Source: Octopus sinensis
Lineage: Eukaryota
Reading direction: 5' to 3'
DNA: 64,000 nucleotides
Assembly: GCF_006345805.1 (NCBI RefSeq)
Contig: NC_043008.1
Location: 10,292,001-10,356,000 of the forward strand
The stretch's first letter is position 1; each line of letters begins with the position of its first letter. Below, piece by piece: positions 36,892 through 49,384 of the stretch. The position numbers were made by a program, and so were the translations under genes. The notes beneath the pieces are model-generated. The model saw only the letters and a program-made list of their open reading frames with translations, ran no database searches and had not been told where the DNA came from.

Positions 36892-37291
36892 GGCGCAGGA
36901 GTGGCTGTGTGGTAAGTAGCTTGCTTACCAACCACATGGTTCCGGGTTCAGTCCCACTGCGTGGCACCTTGGGCAAGTGTCTTCTACTATAGCCTCGGGC
37001 CGACCAAAGCCTTGTGAGTGGATTTGGTAGACGGAAACTGAAAGAAGCCCATCATATATATATGTATGTATATATATATATATATGCGTGTGTGTGTTTG
37101 TGTGTCTGTGTTTGTCCCCCTAGCATTGCTTGACAACCGATGCTGGTGTGTTTATGTCCCCGTTACTTAGCGGTTCGGCAAAAGAGACCGATAGAATAAG
37201 TACTGGGCTTGCAAAAGAATAAGTCCCGGGGTCGAGTTGCTCGATTAAAGGCGGTGCTCCAGCATGGCCGCAGTCAAATGACTGAAACAAG
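36892..37291 (+). mobile_element. SINE family A, full length (young)
   Basis: Complete head, core, microsatellite and tail. Confidence 0.92.
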
Positions 37292-37941
37292 TAAAAGAGT
37301 AAAAGAGTAAATCTATTTCAGAAATTTAAAATTGAGAGGAGATGAAGGAATAAGATGTAGGAAAAAAAATGACCTCTCAAAAATCTCTCTCCAATTTTCA
37401 AAATAATAGTCTTCAAGTTGTTAAAGTATAAAAATTGATATCTAAAACGTTCGCCTTAATCGCTGTTATCTCATGCTTTTACAGTTGGTATCACACTTTG
37501 TTGAACAACTAATGTTTGATGATGTTTTTACCTCATCATGAAAACCAGTAGCACTTTAGTTCCTTATTAAATATTCATATTCTAATGATTTTCCTTTGTC
37601 TGTGTGATTGAGGGAAAAATGCTTCTGGAGCAGAATTTCATTAAGAGCTAATGAAATATTTACTGCAAAGGTAAAGAACATTATGTTGTTGAACATTATG
37701 TCTTAGTGGTTGAATAAATCTTTTATTTCATGGACAGATTATTGAAATGTCTTAATAGTGTTTGATGTAACTGGAACATTAGAAAATATATTCATTAGAT
37801 ACAAATAAAATATGATAAATTAAATAGAATTTCTGTGAATTCTTTTATAGTTTGATGTATATTTTATTGATGGCATATCCAGTGAGAAACAAAAGCAAAG
37901 AACTTAATAAAGAAGTGCTACTTGTACACTTTTACAGTGGA

Positions 37942-38160
37942 GGAGGCACATGGCCTCGTGGTTAGAGTAGCAGACTTGTGGTTGCGGGATCGCGGGTTCG
38001 AATCTCAGACCGGGCGATGTGTGTGTTTATGAGCAAAAACACCTAAGCTCCACACAGCTCCGGCAGGAGGTAATGGCAAACTTCTGCTGACTCTTTCACC
38101 ACAACTTTATTTCTCTCACTCTTTCTTCCTGCATCTAGCAGCTCACTTGCGATGGATGGG
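37942..38160 (+). mobile_element. SINE family D, 3' truncated
   Basis: GGAGGCACATGGCCTCGTGGTTAGAG head and GGTTCGAATC B box. Confidence 0.85.
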
Positions 38161-38384
38161 TTTGCTGTATGAAGATATTGTTGGGGTTTTCTCTACAACT
38201 GAAGGTACTAAGGGCACAGCAAGGTTAAAGGCTTAAATGGGTAAATATCATTGATCATAACCTTGGATCAACCCAAGCCTTGTGAGTGAAATAGTATTGA
38301 TGGAAACTGTATGGAAGCCTGTTAAATTGTACCTGTAATTGAAATATTTTGTCACATGCTGATTCTGCCTAAGGATTGCATTAA

Positions 38385-38920
38385 CCCATTAGCATTTGAA
38401 CCAGTCATATGTGGCCCGAATATTCTACCTGTTTTATGCTCAAACTGTCCGGATCTGGCCTCCCACACCTATGTTGTTGTTTTGTTCCTTCTCGAGCCAT
38501 GCCTGGCTCATAAGGGCCGGTTTCTCGGTTTCTTGGCATATAGGTTCTCCACCTGGATGGGACGCCAGTCCGTCACAGGTGAGCCGTAAGATGCAGGAAG
38601 AAAGAGTGAGAGAAAGTTGTGGCGAAAGAGTCTGCAGAAGTTCACCATTACCTTCTGCTGGAGCCGCGTAGAGCTTACGTGTTTCGCTCATAAACACACA
38701 CATCACCCGGTCTGAGATTCGAACCGGCAATCCCTCGACCACGAGTCCGCTGCTCTAACCACTAGGCCATATGCCTCCACTCCCACACCTATCCTACAAT
38801 GGCATTCAAAAAATAAACAATCACATCATTAAAATCTTGAAGCAACTTGATAAGGTATGATTAATTCAAAACATTGTGAATAAGCATTACATTTAACCAA
38901 GTAATCTGAATGCTAAAGAG
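38385..38920. mobile_element. TTAA-flanked MITE (second piggyBac-type family) containing a SINE
   Basis: TTAA|CCCATTAGCATT...AATGCTAAAGAG|TTAA; a related copy lies at 45081-45302. Confidence 0.75.
38473..38779 (-). mobile_element. SINE family D, full length, 13-bp TSD
   Basis: TSD CTCCCACACCTAT at 38460-38472 and 38780-38792. Confidence 0.92.
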
Positions 38921-39217
38921 TTAAAGATACATGTGTCTGTGGAATACTCAGCCACTTACATACTAATTCACTGAGTTCAGCTGAGCAAATAACAGACTAC
39001 TCATTAACGGTGATCCCTATTTTGAAAGCAATATGCATCAATACTACCAGATATTACTGGTTTAAAATATTCAGCTCCTTTTGTACTTAACAAATTTTAA
39101 CTCTTTGAATGTTAAAGGGTTAAATATATAAAAAATATCTTATGAAACAGTGTTCATATTTATTTTATCATCATATAGTTTATTGCCCTTTAATTACCAA
39201 GCTAATGAAGGAGTCTC

Positions 39218-39646
39218 AGATCTTTTCGGTTTGAACGGCAGTTTTTAAAAATAATTTCCACGTAACTAAACACTTTTAAACTTCATATACTAGTAGAATG
39301 TGTTTATAAAACATCTTTTTCTCTTGGCTTTATTGAGAAAATTCTATAGTTTGTAAGATATTTGTTGTTTTTTTTCTTCAATTTCTGCAATTTCAACCAA
39401 TCAATGACGTCAGTTGATGTGAAAACATTCTGTGCCGTATGAATATGTCCCTCGTTTAAGAAACAGATTGGGTTTATTTACATTTCTGAAGGAAAAAAGA
39501 TATCCTTCCCCCTACCCCTAACCCTAAGTCCAACCCTAACCCTAAAATAGATTGAAATGCAATAGATCAATACTAGGGTCATAATTATGGGTGACAATTT
39601 CAGATGACACCGCTAGAAAAAACTGCCGTTCAAACTGAAAAGATTC
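39218..39646. mobile_element. MITE (same family as 9975) with 8-bp TSD
   Basis: TSD GGAGTCTC at 39210-39217 and 39647-39654; internal CCCTAA repeats; a partial third copy lies at 54483-54676. Confidence 0.88.
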
Positions 39647-39934
39647 GGAGTCTCTATGTGTTCACTCAACCTGTCAGAAATAGCAGTTGAAATTCCCCTA
39701 AATCATGACCATCTTAAAAACAGGAAAGAAACATTATACAGATTAATCTTAGATATTCTATCTATATGAAAAATGGAATGGTCAGGATTGGAATGTCTTT
39801 AATCATAGGTCTGCTGGATATGAGCTGATCTGCACTAAGATAACATTTATTTATATTTTTTAATACACCATTACATTTTTATCTGAAATTTAATCATTTT
39901 CTTTTGTTTATTTTTCTCTTTTTTTTCTTTTCAG

Positions 39935-40280
39935 TAATCGGTCCCATGGAGGTATCCAGGTCTGTTGGAATAAAGGCCAAATTCCACCCATTTCTCAAGT
40001 TTGGAACCCATTTTCAAATGATATTCCATGGGCAATATTTTGTCACCATCCTCTTATCTATAATCCTAAAGAATCTGAAACAGCTTACTTCAACGTTGAT
40101 GATTTTATGGACACCTTAGCGGACTGCCTTAACAAATGCTACAACCGGAAACGACCCAACGAAAACGCAACGATTGTTGAAGGGGCCATTTTATTGAAGA
40201 ATTATGTAAATTTGCCATCAGTATTCTTCAATTCAAATTCTCTGGGTTTCAGCCGTGATCGGAATGGGTTCTGTTTCTAA
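39935..40280 (+). CDS. TPRG1L: TPRG1-like terminal coding exon
   Basis: Long pyrimidine tract ttttcttttcag|T; 346 nt continuing phase 2 and encoding NRSHGGIQVCWNKGQIPPISQVWNPFSNDIPWAIFCHHP...SLGFSRDRNGFCF*. Contains the family WNPW/F..IP...F..HP motif and a C-terminal GF..xRxxxxF-like end. Confidence 0.93.
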
Positions 40281-40765
40281 TAGAGAACAATTTGGAGGCA
40301 GAAGAGATAATGCCGGGCAATACAGTTAAAACTGTTGTATGATATACTGGAAAATGGTTGTATCATCACTAGCTTTAACATGAGAGGATGAAAGTAGAAG
40401 AATGCCGACATGGAGCAGAAAAACAAAAAGAGAAACTGCTGAAGAAGAAGAACTGTAATATAGAAAGAAAAAAAAAATTGTCTTCTCTTTTATGATGGAA
40501 ATATTTTTCAATTTTATTATCAATGTTTTACCATTTTCTTTGGTTTCTTTTTGGAGTTAGATGAGAAAATGTTCAAATGTGGGAATATATAAAAATATCA
40601 AGAAATATATGTATATTTAGATTATTTTTTTGTTATTTTTTAGAACATTTTTGTTATTCTATGCACCATTGTCATTTTTCTTCTTCATTGGCAATGTAAT
40701 TAAGGTAATTTAAAGTGAATATTGTTCAAGTAATTTCTACATTGGTTAGACAATTTTAGATGTAA

Positions 40766-40771
40766 AATAAA
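40766..40771 (+). promoter_or_regulatory. Candidate polyadenylation signal of TPRG1L
   Basis: AATAAA about 490 nt after the stop codon; other signals further downstream cannot be excluded. Confidence 0.3.
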
Positions 40772-43700
40772 GGATTTTTGTTTTCTAATAAGGACTGAAA
40801 ATTATGTGTGTAATACACACACACACACACACACATACATACACTGTATATGCGTGTATGTATATGTATGTAGTTGCCATAAGACCAGTGGCGATGAAAA
40901 AGCAACAACAAAAACCCCTCAAAAATCCCATGCCATATTATTCCTTTCAGCTTAGGAATTTCTGATGATTGCCAAATTGATCTCAATTCCTGGTATGAAA
41001 CTGATTGATAAAGTGACTGATATGAGAATATAATATTGCTTTATTATTAAAAATAGTCATCCATACATATATAACTTTGTGCACACATACACCTGTTGAG
41101 AGATGTACCACCCATGTGCTAGCAAAGATCAGTGGTTCTCAGTCTTTTGGACCCAATGGTGCAATGGAGATCACTGGTGCAGTTAAAAGGGAAAGTTAGA
41201 AATATAGAAAACCGTTGCTTACCTTGTGTTATTAATCACACATGTGCTCATTTTAGCAAGATGTTCAGCCTTTGATTATTATATTTAAGTTATATTTTTA
41301 AAATTCTGTGGCACACTATAGAAGAAAGAATAGGAAAGAAAATGAAATAGAAGGTGTGAGATAAAAAAAAAATGCCTATGAATTTATTTGAACGTGAGGA
41401 ATATCCCCGATTGCTAGTCATAGACTATAGTTGTTTATTTACTAATATTTGCAAACTAAGTTCAAAACAGATAATAATTCTTTAACACAAGAACATTCTT
41501 TAGTTAAATTTATCAAATTTTCAAAACAGTTTATTCTGAAATATTTTCTCTTTATCACATTTTGTATTCTAAATTTTGTTTGATACTTTTTTAATGTCTT
41601 GGTGGTTTAATTAAAGAAACAGAATATTAATTATTATACTCTGATATATTTAGACCCATCTTGCTTGTTATAATTACAATGTTTCGCTGGTGTTCATTCT
41701 GGCTTTCTTCTATGGTGCTAGTTTGTTCTTCTGTTGTTTATATAAGGGACATTCTCTTTAATAGACTAAACATAGACACAAACACTCGGAATCTTTAATT
41801 AGCACCATAGCTATAAAATAAACTAGGTTTAAAGCTCCTAATTTCAGTTACCTAATTATCTTATAGAAGAATTGGATAATGAATATAAGCATTGATTAAT
41901 TGTGAAGTGTAGTAGGTTAGTGCTAATGAGTGATGGTTGTGAGTTCGACCCCTGGCTTAATCATAAATATATAAGGTAACAAACTAAGGAAAAGAATTCC
42001 TTCAAAGGGGTGTGTGATTGTCGAAGGGCATCCAGCTGTAGAAACTCAGCCAGATCAGATTGGAGCCTGGTGCAGCCATCTGGTTCGCTAGTCCTCAGTC
42101 AAATCATCCAGCCCATGATAGCATGGAAAGCAGACATTAAATGATGATGATAATATATATATATATATATATATTCATACACACATACACTTGCTCAATG
42201 TATCAAAACTAGTGTATCATAAATAGCAGGGAATGTCCATTCTGTGGGCAAAAGAATGAGAACAATTATCTCCCCACCCTGCCCTAGATTTAATAAAGGG
42301 TTTAATTCCAAATTCTGAGAACATTTCTGAATATGACAGACACCTGAAAAAGGCTGGAGAGTACAATGACTGAAATTTTGTGATTATAACAACCAAGATG
42401 AAGAGAGCAGTTCAAATATATCAGTATATGATGATGATGATGATAATTCTTCCTCTCAGAAATACAAAGAAATTAGTATTTGTTCTTTTAACTATGTTGC
42501 TGGATTAGTTAATATTGTGATAAAGGAATAAAAATTATCTTTAGCCCCAAAATCTATATAATACACTCTATGTAAATATTCCTTGTTCTTGTTTATAATT
42601 CAAAGTTATGAATACACATTTCTAAAGAATGGAACATGAATAAGTACTTTGTGAAACTTTGGTGCTGATGGAAATCTTAGCACATAGAAGAGTTGTGTCA
42701 TGACATGATTGAGGAAAGGAGTTGCTAAACTGAGTTGTTATTTGTAGATTTGTATGAAGAACTTACACGAAAGTTATATTACAAATGGTAGTTATAACAT
42801 CTTGGTCGACCTGTGATACTGTCTTACATTCAATGATTTTATTCATATTAGTAAAGGAGCTTAGAAAAGGCAAATATGTTATAATCTCAATGTTTTCTTT
42901 GACAAATTTGAGATTTCATATCAATTTACAAAACTTAAGATAACATGACAAAAATATTATTATAATTATATAATGGCTACATTAGCAAGTTTACATAACT
43001 TTATATTTCTTCACTGTCAAAAACCATAATAATATATTTAATTTGTTAATATTAAATGGAATACTAAGCTAAAAAGTTAGCTGAAACCTGATGTATTTTA
43101 TATCAAATCATTAATAAAATAAATAACAATCAAGGATTGAGGTTAATTTAATCAACTGCTCAATGAAATGTGTGGAGTTGTATCTAAGTAAAAAAAATGT
43201 GTTGTTTGGATATGATTTTATGTGTGAAAAAACAAATGAGAAATTGATCTTGTGAATCTCTATGTCAACAGCATTTTGGTACTATTAAAAGAGAGAATTT
43301 TTGAAAATATTTCTTATATGTCCTTTGAATTGTTAATAATAATAATTATTTTTTTGAAATTTTAGAATAATTCTATTTGAAAAGAAAATGGTTTTATTTT
43401 AGTCAGGAATGAGAAATTAGATTCAGGACTTTTTCACTCATTTAAAAAATGTTTGATTTGTCAAATTTTAGTTTTTAAAATTTCAAAGTGTAGTTAGAAG
43501 AGTCAAGCTAACATTTTTAAAACAAAAGAATGGAATTCAAATTCAGTTTTAAATTTAATTTAAATAAAAACAACCTTGATTATATTTTTTTGTTGATTTG
43601 AATTTGAAATTCAAATGAATTTTGTAATTGAATTTTGATGTATTTAAATTTCAAAATTAAAACAAAAAAATATATCACTCATTCTTTTTGAATTTCAAAT

Positions 43701-44774
43701 TCTGAAGATGAAAAAATAGACAAAAATATCAAAAACAAAAAGCACTTCTCAATTTTATCGTTCAACATGGATGTGTTGTTAAGAATCTTATTTTGTAGCC
43801 ACATGGTTTCGGGTTTGGTGGCATTTTAACATTCAGGTTGACCAATATCATGTCTGTGAAATATTTGGTAGAAGGAAGATGTGTGGAATGCTGTGTGTAT
43901 GTATATATATGTGCATACACACACATACACACACACTCACACACACACACACCACACACACACACACACACATGCATAATGTGCCTGTGTATATGCTTTT
44001 TTCATGTGTGGATGTGTATATATGTGTGCATATATAACTATATGTATACATATGTATGTTTAAGTGTGTATGTGTGTGTATCTTCTAATTTATATAAACA
44101 TTGTCAAGAAAACCAAAAACTGAAAAGCATTGCTTGTTGTGTGGGTTTCCTTGCAATATTTGTTCTGTAACATATTACTGACACTCCCTTGCCACTGTCC
44201 CTGTCATAATTGCAGTGACCAGTGCTTGTCCATTGGAAACCTGTAACCAAAAATGCTATGGAACCCCAATTGTGATATAAAATCAATAAGACAAAAACTG
44301 CTCACCACTTTCTCAAAAATAAAATTAAAAAAAACTAAAATAAGTGTCTTGCTGAAACAACATTTTTTTAATAGAGTTACACCTCAAATATATTTGTATA
44401 AGTTCTCGAAAATTAAAAAAAAAAAAAAAAAAAAACCTAAAACATTATTGATTAACTTAATAAGGATTCTTGCAACATTTCCTCCAGCTAATTATGAAAA
44501 TGTTTAGAAAATACACATAAATATAGAATAAATTAAACAAATATGAAGTACTGAAACTTTGCTGTGTTAATTCTATCTAAAATATGATTATAATTTTTTT
44601 GAAAGTAATTAGAGATGAATCTTTTTTTTTTTTTTCTAATATTTACATCTGAAATATACTTGGACAGTTTGATATCATCAAATGTCTTCTTCTTGGCTGT
44701 CTACATTGTACTGGGTTGGATTTGGAACAAGCAACTTTTATCCTTTATCCCTTTTTATTTTTATTATTTATGCG

Positions 44775-45074
44775 CCCTTTTCAAGCCTAGCCAGGCTCAT
44801 GGGCCCAGTTTCCCACTTTCTATGGTGTAAGTGTTCCCCCTAGCTCAACGGGACACCAGTCCATCACAGCATTACTCAAGAAACAGGAAGAAAGAGTGAG
44901 AGAAAGTTGGGGCGAATGAGTACAACAGGGGTCGCCACCACCCCCTACCACAGCCTCATGGAGCTTTAGGTGTTTTCGCTCAATAAACACACACAATGCT
45001 CGGTCTGGGAATCGAAACCACGATCCTCCGACTGTGAGTCCACTGCCCTAACCACTGGGCCATTGCGCCTCCAC
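44775..45074 (-). mobile_element. SINE with family E head and family D tail
   Basis: 44940-45074 matches the E head; 44775-44880 matches the D tail (CTGGTGTCCCGTTGAG...CATGAGCCTGGC). Confidence 0.7.
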
Positions 45075-45080
45075 CCTTAT

Positions 45081-45302
45081 CCCCTTAGCATTCACATTAC
45101 TCTGTCAAATGTAAGACTTATTTATTCACATTGTTTTGAATTTATCATGAATTATCTCATAACTTTGAGATTTCAATGATATGATTGTTTATTTTTTGGA
45201 ATGACAATGTAAGGTAGGTGTGAAAGGTTGGACCTGGCAGTTTGAACAAAGGAATCAGATAGAATATTTGGACCAAATATGGCTGGTTTGAATGCTAAAT
45301 GT
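45081..45302. mobile_element. Diverged TTAA-type MITE
   Basis: Reverse orientation of the 38385-38920 family; TTAGCATT...AATGCTAA ends. Confidence 0.65.
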
Positions 45303-47216
45303 TTAAACTATGGGTAGTGATGCTTTTATGCCTCTGTTTATAAATAAAGGTTCCTAGTTTGAATTTAGCCCAGTACTATAGTCCAGACACCCAAAGATTG
45401 GAGATCAAATCCAGCAAAATGTAGTGGAGATGAAAAATGTTCCATCTTTAAAGATGAGGTTAATAATCTGAAAATTTATAATCATATTAAATAATTACAT
45501 TCATCTCAGGCATTTAATTAAGTATTTAATTTGTCTAAAATATTTTGAAATTTTCCTTCATAACTCTGTGTAAAGACAATCACACGTTTCTTTAATGAGA
45601 ATAGATTGTGCAGAGTTTCAGCATAAGTCATGCAGTTTGGTGTATGTGTGTGTATGCTTTTAGAAACTAAAGCGTAGCATTTGTGGGCCTCATATTTGTA
45701 TTCTGGTGGATCTTCATCTGAATAGATTTGAAGATGTTCAGTGAATGCTAAGTAGAAATGTAATTGGAAAGAGTTATTCACCAGAGAGGATATAAAGATA
45801 TATATATATATACACTATTTAGTGTATATCAATAAAAAATATTTTTTAAATGGTCAGAACTTAGTGAGTAGTTGATTATTTTAAAATTGCTTGAATATTT
45901 CGAAAAATTGGAATAAGCTAAAATGAAACTCGTCAAGGTAGATTCAGATATTTTTTACTGCTGATCAAATGCGTGCATTTATATTTATCTACATCAATAA
46001 CAAACAAACTGCTCAACAAAACATCAAATGGTATTTAAAATCTTTCACACTTAACAACTGCTGCATTAATTAAAAATGAGAATTATTTAAAAATTAATTT
46101 ACATTTATTTTTTACACAAACCTCCACCAGCAATAACTTTATAATTATTTTTTTGTAATTGAAAAAGGTTTAAATATATAAATAATTTCAAAATATTTTT
46201 TTTCACTAGAGGTAATTTGAAATAGTTCTTATGGGAATTATAAATATAAAGAAAAAAAAAGTCTAAATGTTGATACTGTTACGTAATATAATCATTTAAT
46301 CTGTGATACTCGTTTCAGATGTGCCTGTGGTTTTAGTCCCCTACTTATATATATATATATATATTGCATTTGGATAAAATAGATTTGGAATAAAGCTTTA
46401 CATTCATGTATTATCTTTCTTGTATGAATGGCATGAAATCATGCATGTCTGTGTTAATAGGGTGCTGGATATCTGGCCAAGAGGTCGGCAGTTTATATCC
46501 TGTTATCATTAACTAGTAATGCAATTCCAGCCATTGTGTTCACCGAAATCAATAACCTAGTGCACATAGCTATAACTAGTTACTACGTATGACCATAATT
46601 GATTGCTGTAGGAGGTGGTTGTATTCTGAAGCTAACAAGGAGGAATCACAACCGTGTTTCTTGGTCTGCTACCACAACAGCTCCTTTATAGGATCCAATT
46701 AGCTCAAGACATCATCAGGAGGAACCACATCCAGTTTCAGCATCTACTCCTCTACGGTTTTGACGTGGCAGGATCCCCCCTTTCGGAGGTGTCTTCAGCT
46801 CTGGTGTTGGGTGCATGTCTTCTTTCTTGTGTTCCCTGGCCTCTTCAATGTATCGTCAATGAGTGTCAGCCGGTGACTGACTGACTTGTCAACGTTTTCC
46901 TTTTAAATACCTGCCGCTAGGCTCCAGCAGGCAGCCCTAGCAAGTTGTCTTGTGACACTATCTCAACTTTAACTGACCAATGAAGGCGCGTAGTCTTAGC
47001 CCACACATTCTCTAAATGACCGTCACCTGTCAATCAGTGAAGCTAATTCAGTGTCAGCTTGTCTCACCTAGTGATGTTATTTTCCTGCCGGCATGTTATG
47101 ACTTTCAAGCCATTTTTGGTCTTCCCGCTTCAGCCATATTTGTTGGCTTGCAGTGTTCACAGTTTTGTCTTCTTGCAGAGAAAAGTGACTCTGATGGTTT
47201 TGACATCCTTTTCAGA

Positions 47217-47625
47217 GATCATCATCATCATTGTTCAACCGTAGTCGAGGCAATGAAATTTACCATGCTACACCAGACTTCACGGTCCATCATAGCATTA
47301 CGGAGGTCCTGTTGCTGGATGCCTGTATCCCTGGAGATTACATCAGGGTAGGAGAGTGTGCGCCCTCTGGTATCGTGAGTAGATGGCTTCCAGAGGAGAA
47401 GAGCAGAAATTGCCTCGTTTTCAGCTCTACAACAATGTCCAGCAAACTGGACTCTCTTACCTTTCACAAGAGATGACACAGGTGGTAGTTTCCCATATAT
47501 TTGCATTTTGGTTGGATGGCGCTCTCATAAAGCGGCGAGTGTAGGTTCCATCCAACCGCCTCTCAAGCTTCTTTGATAACATCCAGGTTTCTGAGCCATA
47601 TAGTAGAATTGGTACAGAGATACCT
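47217..47625 (-). mobile_element. RTE-clade LINE 3' end (young)
   Basis: VPILLYGSETW...RLDGTYTR and ORF 47228-47506 QIYGKLPPVSSLVKGKRVQFAGHCCRAENE...MMDREVW, followed by a (GAT)n tail. Confidence 0.9.
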
Positions 47626-47764
47626 CACATCAGCTCAACTGATGAGAAGGTCACAGAGAGTGGGTAACCTCAGCCTGGAATATGCAGATAGCAATTGTCA
47701 TGCAGGATGTTAAGCCTTAAATATCATTGGTTCTGATGATGCACCTTCAAGTGAAACAGTTCCC

Positions 47765-47942
47765 CCAACATCGCTTGACAACCGATGCTGGTGTGTTTGC
47801 ATCCCTGTAACTTAGCAGTTCGGCAAAAGAGACCAATAGAATAAGTACTAGGCTTACAAAGAATAAGTCCTGGGGTTGATTTGCTCTACTAAAGACTGTG
47901 CTCCAGCATGGCCACAGTCAAATGACTGAAACAAGTAAAAGA
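47765..47942 (+). mobile_element. SINE family A 3' half
   Basis: Matches the family A tail. Confidence 0.8.
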
Positions 47943-48280
47943 GTATACGTATGTATGTTTGTATGTATGTACACACATTCATATCAGTGGAAGAGGGAAA
48001 ATTTATGAAATGGAATAGAAATACTCTCTGGTATTTATGCTTGATTGAGTTATTTCCTCTTCCACCAATGTCAACTTTGCATTCCATGTCTTACAAGAAT
48101 GGTAAAATAAACACCAGGCAAAGTACTGGAGTAGAAGCTCAAATAATCCTCTAAAACCCGTGAAAGCAGTCCTCCAATAAATCTGAGGTAAGCAGCAACC
48201 ATCTCAGTAGATTATAGATGTCCATGAAAATAATAATAATGTTGGTGGGATGGTTTTGTTGAGCATAACTATGTGGTTAA

Positions 48281-48475
48281 GAAATTCATTTCACTGTCAC
48301 ATAGTTCAGTGATCATTCTTACTGTATGGTATCTTAGGAAAAATATTGACCCCAACCTTGTGAACAGAATTTGGAAGCCTACTGAAATTCATTTCACTGT
48401 CACATAGTTCAGTGATCATTCTTACTGTATGGTATCTTAGGAAAAATATTGACCCCAACCTTGTGAACAGAATTT
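48281..48475. repeat. 103-bp-period tandem duplication in a decayed SINE A head
   Basis: GAAATTCATTTCACTGTCAC...GTGAACAGAATTT occurs at 48281 and again at 48384. Confidence 0.85.
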
Positions 48476-49384
48476 AAAAAGCAGAAATTGTTTGGAAGCC
48501 TACTGTATTTTATATATATGCATGTATGTATATGGTCATCATCATATCTTTTAGTGTCCATTTTCCAAGTTGGCATGGGTTGGACAGTTTTATAGGAGCT
48601 GGCAAACCATTGATCACTGTCTGTTTTTACCATTCTTCACTGGCATAGTTTTAATGGTTTGAAGCCCTTCCTAATGCCAACCACCTTACAGACTGTACTG
48701 AGTGCTTTTTACATGACACCAGCACTGGTGAGGTTTACTTTGACATGGTTTTTACAGCTGGATGCCCTTCTAAATGCTGACTGCTTTACAGTGTGGACTG
48801 GATACTATTTATGTGGCACTAAGTTGCTCATAAAACAAAGATCCTTTGAGAAGCAGAGTGGTCAGGCTATTTAGATTAAAGAATTCAAAGTTAGAAGTCT
48901 GAAAATCTTGTGTTCTTCAGCTATAGCCTCTAGCGATATTTTGCTCTGCACTGAGTTGTAGACACTCCCTTCTTGAACTAGTGAATTGCTTGTTGGATAT
49001 GTGTAACCAATGATGCTATTGTTCTCAAATTAAGTTTTTTTTTTCTTGTCTTGTTGGACATCCATTCTATTGTTAACCACTGAACCATGAAGTAGGGATT
49101 AATGTTGATTTGTATTTTGTCAGAGGCATGACATGTGGCTGAAGGAAATATAAAGTCACAGCATTGCTGAGGAAAAAAAAAAAAGAGAGAGAATAGAAAA
49201 TATTTTTTTATTTAATATTTCAGCTTTAATATGCTAGAGGAAAATGTGAACTTTTGACTATACAAACAGATTTAATTCAAAATGCTAGCCTGACACACAT
49301 CTTGTCTTATAATGAATCAACAACAAAAAAAAAAAAGAAAAGAGAAATAGAAAGTAAGTAAAGAGATACATCAAAGGTGCAGTT

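Noticed and set aside
47733-47757. CTGATGA...GAAAC near the RTE element
   Set aside because: Stems I and II cannot be formed convincingly.
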